Part shown: one piece after another, positions 60,086 through 64,000 of the stretch
Position numbering within the stretch: the stretch's first letter is position 1
Layout: every line of letters starts with the position of its first letter
NCBI GenBank assembly: GCA_023249095.1
Contig: JAHFDK010000012.1
Location: 91-64,090, forward strand
From: Candidatus Rokuibacteriota bacterium
Lineage (GTDB): Bacteria > Methylomirabilota > Methylomirabilia > Rokubacteriales > CSP1-6
Reading direction: 5' to 3'
Length of the DNA stretch: 64,000 nucleotides
The notes under the pieces: generated by a model
Told to the model about the DNA's origin: nothing
The model's input: only the letters and a program-made list of their open reading frames with translations
The model's database searches: none
Program-made: the position numbers and the translations under genes

Positions 60086-63000
60086 TCAGCATTCGTTGAA
60101 GCCGCAGGACAGGCACTTCTTGCAACCCTCCTCATAGATGAACGTGGCTTGCCCGCACTCCTTGCAGAGGTCGCCGATCTGCTTTCGCGCCTCGACGGTA
60201 ACGGCCGGCGTCTCGAGCCCGGGCTTTACCTCTCCGATATGCTCCGCCAGCGTCCGCGACAGCGCGTCTGGCAGTGAGAGGATCTTCGTGGGCCCAAAGC
60301 CCGTGGGCTGGCCCCCGCCGATTCGAGAAAGCTGGCTGATAACCTCCTCGAGTCGCCGCTGAGCCGACAGCGGCGATGGCAGCCTCAGGATGAGCGAAAT
60401 CAGGCGTCCGAGAGCTTCTGCGACGGCCATGGTATCGGAGCCGCCCTTGCCGACCTGAACGAAGACCTCGAAGGGCTCGTGCTCGTCGGTTTCGGTAATG
60501 GTGATCCACGCGGTCCCGATCGGGGTCTGGGTGCGGTAGGTCGACCCCTTGAGGCTACGCGGGCGGGGCTTGATGACGGCCTGGCCCGCTGTCGCGGCGA
60601 AGCCGGCGCTCTTGCTCTTCTTCGCCGAGACGCCGACGTTCAGGACTTGCTCGCCTTTGCACCCGTCGCGGAAGACCGTGATGCCGAGGCAGCCGAGCTC
60701 CCACGCGAGCCGGTACGCGCGCGCCACGTCCTCCTCGCTCGCGCTGTTCGGCAGGTTGATGGTCTTCGAGACGCCATTGTCGGTGGAGCGCTGGAAGGCG
60801 GCCTGGTGCCGCACGTGCCATTCGAAGCCGATCTCGTGGGAGGTCTTGAAGACTTCGGACGCACGCTCCGGGAGACCGCGGATCCCGTGGAGCGAGCCCC
60901 GCTTGACGATCTCCTGCATGAGCGCGTCCGAGTAGAACCCCTGCTCCTTGGCGATGCGCTCGAACGTCTCGTTCACGAACGTCAGGACGCGCTCGCCGTC
61001 GGGCTGCTTCACGCGGTGCTCGAAGGCGAGCGCGAAGATCGGCTCGACCCCGGAGGAGCACCCGGCGATCATCGAGATCGTACCGGTGGGCGCGATCGTC
61101 GTGACGGTCGAATTACGCATCGGCCGCTGGTTCTTATAGATCGAATGGTCCCAGTTGGGGAACGGGCCGCGCTCCTCGGCAAGCTTCGCCGACTGATCGT
61201 GGGACTTCTCCCTGATGAAGGCCATCAGTTGGTCGCCGAGGTCGGTCGCTTCCTGGCTGTCGTACGGGATGCCCATCGTGAAAAGCAGGTCGGCCCAGCC
61301 CATGATGCCCAGGCCGATGCGGCGGTTGGCCTTGACGGTGGCATCGATCTGCGGGAGTGGGTAGGGGTTCATCTCGATGACGTCGTCGAGGAATCGAACA
61401 GCGAGCCGCACCACCCGCTCCATCTCGTCCCAGTCGACCGACCACTCACCCTCGTCGTTTCGCCGCGCGAACTTCGAGACGTTGAGCGAACCCAGGTTGC
61501 ACGCCTCATTGGGCAGCAGGGGTTGCTCTCCACATTGATGGATCACGAATCCGTTGGCGATCATTGAGTGGCTTTGCGGCTCCGTGAGGTCGTACACGCG
61601 GTGTACCCCGGCGGGGTCGACGGCCACGACGACGTCGCTGAACTTCTGCCGGTAGAAGCCTCGATACCTCACGTTCTCGAGTCGGCGCTGTTTGACGCCC
61701 AGGAAGCCGACGTCCCGCCGGAACACCTCACGTGACTTCCCGAAGATGCCGAGCTCGAAGAGGACGCCGTCGGACCCGTAGGAACGCTCGCCGTCGGCGG
61801 TGACGTGCCGCGGAAAGAGTGCGACCCGAGGCGCGCGCGAACGATTCATGATGTTGCTCTTGATGCCGAGTTGCAGCAGAAGGAGCTGGACGCCGCGGAG
61901 CAACTCCCGGCTCTTGGACGTCAGCGCGATCCATGAGCTGTTGGACCGCGGGTTGTCGCGGACGGTCCCGTCCGCCGTAAAGAGCGCCTGGAGGAAACCG
62001 ACGACCGCCTCAGGCGGAGCGGCGAACAGGGTCTCGGGAACGCACTTATCCTCGGCGCGCACCGGCCGGACTCCAAGCGCGCGGAAGAAGTCGACGAAGT
62101 ACTTGCTGTGATACGAAAGATGTTGCACGCTCCGCGCCCGCATCACGGGCCGGATGGGCCGACCGTACCAGAGATCCACGATCGCCTTGATCCGCTCGAG
62201 CAGCCCCGCGTCGTCAGCTCCGAACGTGAAACCGAGCCGGCAGTTCTTGTCGCCGGCCCGCAGCCAGCCATCTCCTACGAGCCACCCGAGCACCAGGCCA
62301 AGGTCGTGGCTCCAAGCGTCCGGCAGGTCGTGTCGGTACGCGCGCCCGTTTCGGCCGCGGAACTCGCGAGCGACCTCGAACGGAAGCTTCGAATCCGAGT
62401 TGAAGGAACCCGGATCGCTCTGGATCAGAACCCGATCGGCACCCGGCTTCAGCTCGCCGGCCGGGACCCAGCCGCGCTCGGTCATGAATCGGTGGTCGGG
62501 CGTGCATGTGAGCTCGAAGCCGGCTTTCGTTCGCACCGTCACAGTCTCCCGCTCGCCAGTACAGAACGCCCGGTTGATCGGCAGACAGCCACGGTCATAC
62601 GACGAGAGCGGCACGTCGTTCGTCCCCTCCCACACCATCAACCGGCTCGGCATGAGACGTTGATCGACCTGAACGGCGACGCCGCCCGCGGCATACCGGC
62701 CCACCACGTCCTCCATCCTGAGAAGGCCGCGATCGGACGCGATGAGGGTGTTCCCGGTGATGCACGGATTGGTCGCTTCCACCACGCCGATCTCCGGCGT
62801 CGGGTTGGCGGGGCTCGCGTTGATCCGGTCGATGAACACCATGCCCGGGTCGCCCGTCCGCCACGCGGCACGGACGATCCGGTCGAAAACCTCCTTGGCC
62901 GACAGGCGGTCCGTCACCGCGCCGGTGTGGGGGTTGATCAGGTCATACTCGCCGCCCGAGGCCAGGGCGTCCATGAACCGGTCCGTGGCCGCCACGGAGA

Positions 63001-63610
63001 TGTTGAAGTTGGTGATGCCCCCGTCGAGCTTGCAGTCAATGAACTCGAGGATATCGGGGTGATCGACCCTCAGGATCCCCATGTTAGCCCCGCGACGCGT
63101 GCCGCCCTGTTTCACGGCCTCGGTCGCGCTGTTGAAGACACGGAGGAAGGAGACCGGGCCGGATGCGCGGCCGCCGGTCGATGCGACGAGGTCGTCCTTG
63201 GGGCGGAGACGCGAGAACGCAAAACCCGTGCCGCCCCCTGATTTGTGGATGATCGCGGCCGCCTTGACGGAGTCGAAGATCTCCTCCATCGAGTCGCCCA
63301 CGGGCAGCACGTAACAGGCCGAGTACTGCAGGCCGTTGTCCTTCCCGGCATTCATGAGGGTCGGCGAGTTCGGGAGGAAGTCGCCCTCGATCATGATGTC
63401 GTAGAACGCTGCTGCGACCTCCCTGACCGCGGCCTCGCTCCGCCCGTACCGCGCCTCGCCCGATGCGATCGTCAGCGCCACCCGCCAGCACATCTCCTCC
63501 GGGGTCTCGACGACCTCGCCCCCCTGCCGCATGAGGTAGCGCTCCCGGAGCACCCGCAAGGCAGGCTCGGTCCATTTGCCGACTTTCGCTGGGCGAGTCT
63601 CAGACAGCAT
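60086..63610 (-). CDS. nrdJ: Class II (adenosylcobalamin-dependent) ribonucleotide reductase, interrupted by a 410-aa intein
   Basis: 1174 aa. Contains [27 protein letters not shown] and the finger-loop motif EATNP|..|[16 protein letters not shown]. C-terminal zinc ribbon [13 protein letters not shown]. The protein is 764 aa without the insert. Confidence 0.95.
   Translation of the reverse strand: [1174 protein letters not shown]
61535..62764 (-). mobile_element. NrdJ intein with LAGLIDADG domain and C-terminal Gln (aa 283-692)
   Basis: Junctions are [18 protein letters not shown] and ...[18 protein letters not shown]. Block B is [19 protein letters not shown] motifs are [10 protein letters not shown] and [11 protein letters not shown]. 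Cys1 codon is compl. 62762-62764 and the terminal CAA (Gln) is compl. 61535-61537. Confidence 0.9.
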
Positions 63611-63626
63611 TCCGCTCCTCCTGCTC

Positions 63627-63681
63627 GTACTATATCTTGTGGTGTGGGCGAATCTAGCACGCTGAATCTAGCGTTCGTCAA
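63627..63681 (-). promoter_or_regulatory. Candidate nrdJ promoter with two NrdR-box-like palindromes
   Basis: Minus strand reads TTGACG (compl. 63676-63681), 18 nt, then CTAGAT (compl. 63652-63657). Box 2 (63659-63674, ACGCTGAATCTAGCGT) lies in the spacer. Box 1 (63627-63642, minus-strand CCACAAGATATAGTAC) lies downstream. Centre-to-centre spacing is 32 bp. The core pattern CwAnATnTwG is matched 10/10 by box 1 and 9/10 by box 2. Confidence 0.5.
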
Positions 63682-63703
63682 GAAAAAAGCAAGGAACAAG
63701 GTA

Positions 63704-63732
63704 TCCACCGCGCGTCCACCGTCTGTCCACCG
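63704..63732. promoter_or_regulatory. Three phased direct repeats TCCACCG (11-bp period)
   Basis: TCCACCG occurs at 63704-63710, 63715-63721 and 63726-63732, separated by 4-nt spacers, in the nrdJ / tolC-like divergent spacer about 60-85 nt upstream of the ATG at 63791. Confidence 0.45.
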
Positions 63733-63790
63733 CTCGCACCCGCAAGCTCTTCAGGGCCCTCGCACGCTGCGTGGTATTCTCTTGTGCGCT

Positions 63791-64000
63791 ATGGCGCCTT
63801 CTCGAGTGATCGTGCTGGTTGTGCTAGTCGCTAGCTTGTTTTCAATCGACGCTCCGCGAGCGCAGGCGCCGCCGCCTCCGCCCGCTCCTCAAGTCGCCGG
63901 GCGGGTGCTGACACTCGAGGAGTGCATCGCCATCGCGCTCGACGCCCAGCCGCGGGTCCAGGCGACGCTGGCCGACTATGCCGCGGCGCGCTATCGGGTG
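63791..64000 (+). CDS. TolC-family outer-membrane efflux protein (N-terminal 70 aa; continues past window; not in ORF track)
   Basis: Hand translation gives MAPSRVIVLVVLVASLFSIDAPRAQAPPPPPAPQVAGRVLTLEECIAIALDAQPRVQATLADYAAARYRV. This is a signal peptide followed by the typical TolC-family opening (..LTLEECIAIAL..QP.V.A). Confidence 0.6.
   Translation, partial: MAPSRVIVLVVLVASLFSIDAPRAQAPPPPPAPQVAGRVLTLEECIAIALDAQPRVQATLADYAAARYRV

Overview
High-GC, very gene-dense bacterial chromosomal window with about 50 protein genes. Most lie on the minus strand in long co-directional arrays, often with ATGA/GTGA start-stop overlaps. The content is mainly core housekeeping of a diderm (LPS-exporting) bacterium. 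Recognisable blocks are dnaE-accA, guaB3-guaA, coaX-birA-valS, a fused lptF-lptG, ahcY-metK, pgi/pmi-GH57, pyrG-kdsA-kdsD-lptC-lptA-lptB-rpoN-hpf-rapZ, xerD, murJ, rpsT, leuS-lptE-holA, uvrB-uvrC and nrdJ. The lineage cannot be fixed from sequence alone; the mix of GuaB3, UPF0182, archaeal-type FBP aldolase/phosphatase and LPS genes fits a high-GC diderm such as a Rokubacteria/Methylomirabilota-like organism (inference only). I found no rRNA, tRNA, CRISPR array, transposase or recognisable defence island, and I cannot point to a convincing novel multi-gene system. The most unusual items are listed here.

- Two full-length LAGLIDADG inteins, one in DnaE and one in class II RNR NrdJ. The NrdJ intein ends in Gln instead of Asn and sits directly on the conserved NPCGE cysteine.
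- A single-ORF LptF-LptG fusion.
- An FBP aldolase/phosphatase with N- and C-terminal extensions, divergent from a SorC/CggR-like regulator, with phased repeats in the shared control region.
- A PEP-mutase-family gene that lacks its catalytic core.
- A junction of two truncated genes next to fbp.
- An orphan HicB-like gene coupled to a Rieske oxygenase.
- Several short intergenic repeat arrays and regulator-box candidates.

Many long ORFs in the supplied track are antisense shadow ORFs, and several real genes are over-extended at the 5' end in the track. Two real CDSs at the window edges are absent from the track and were translated by hand.
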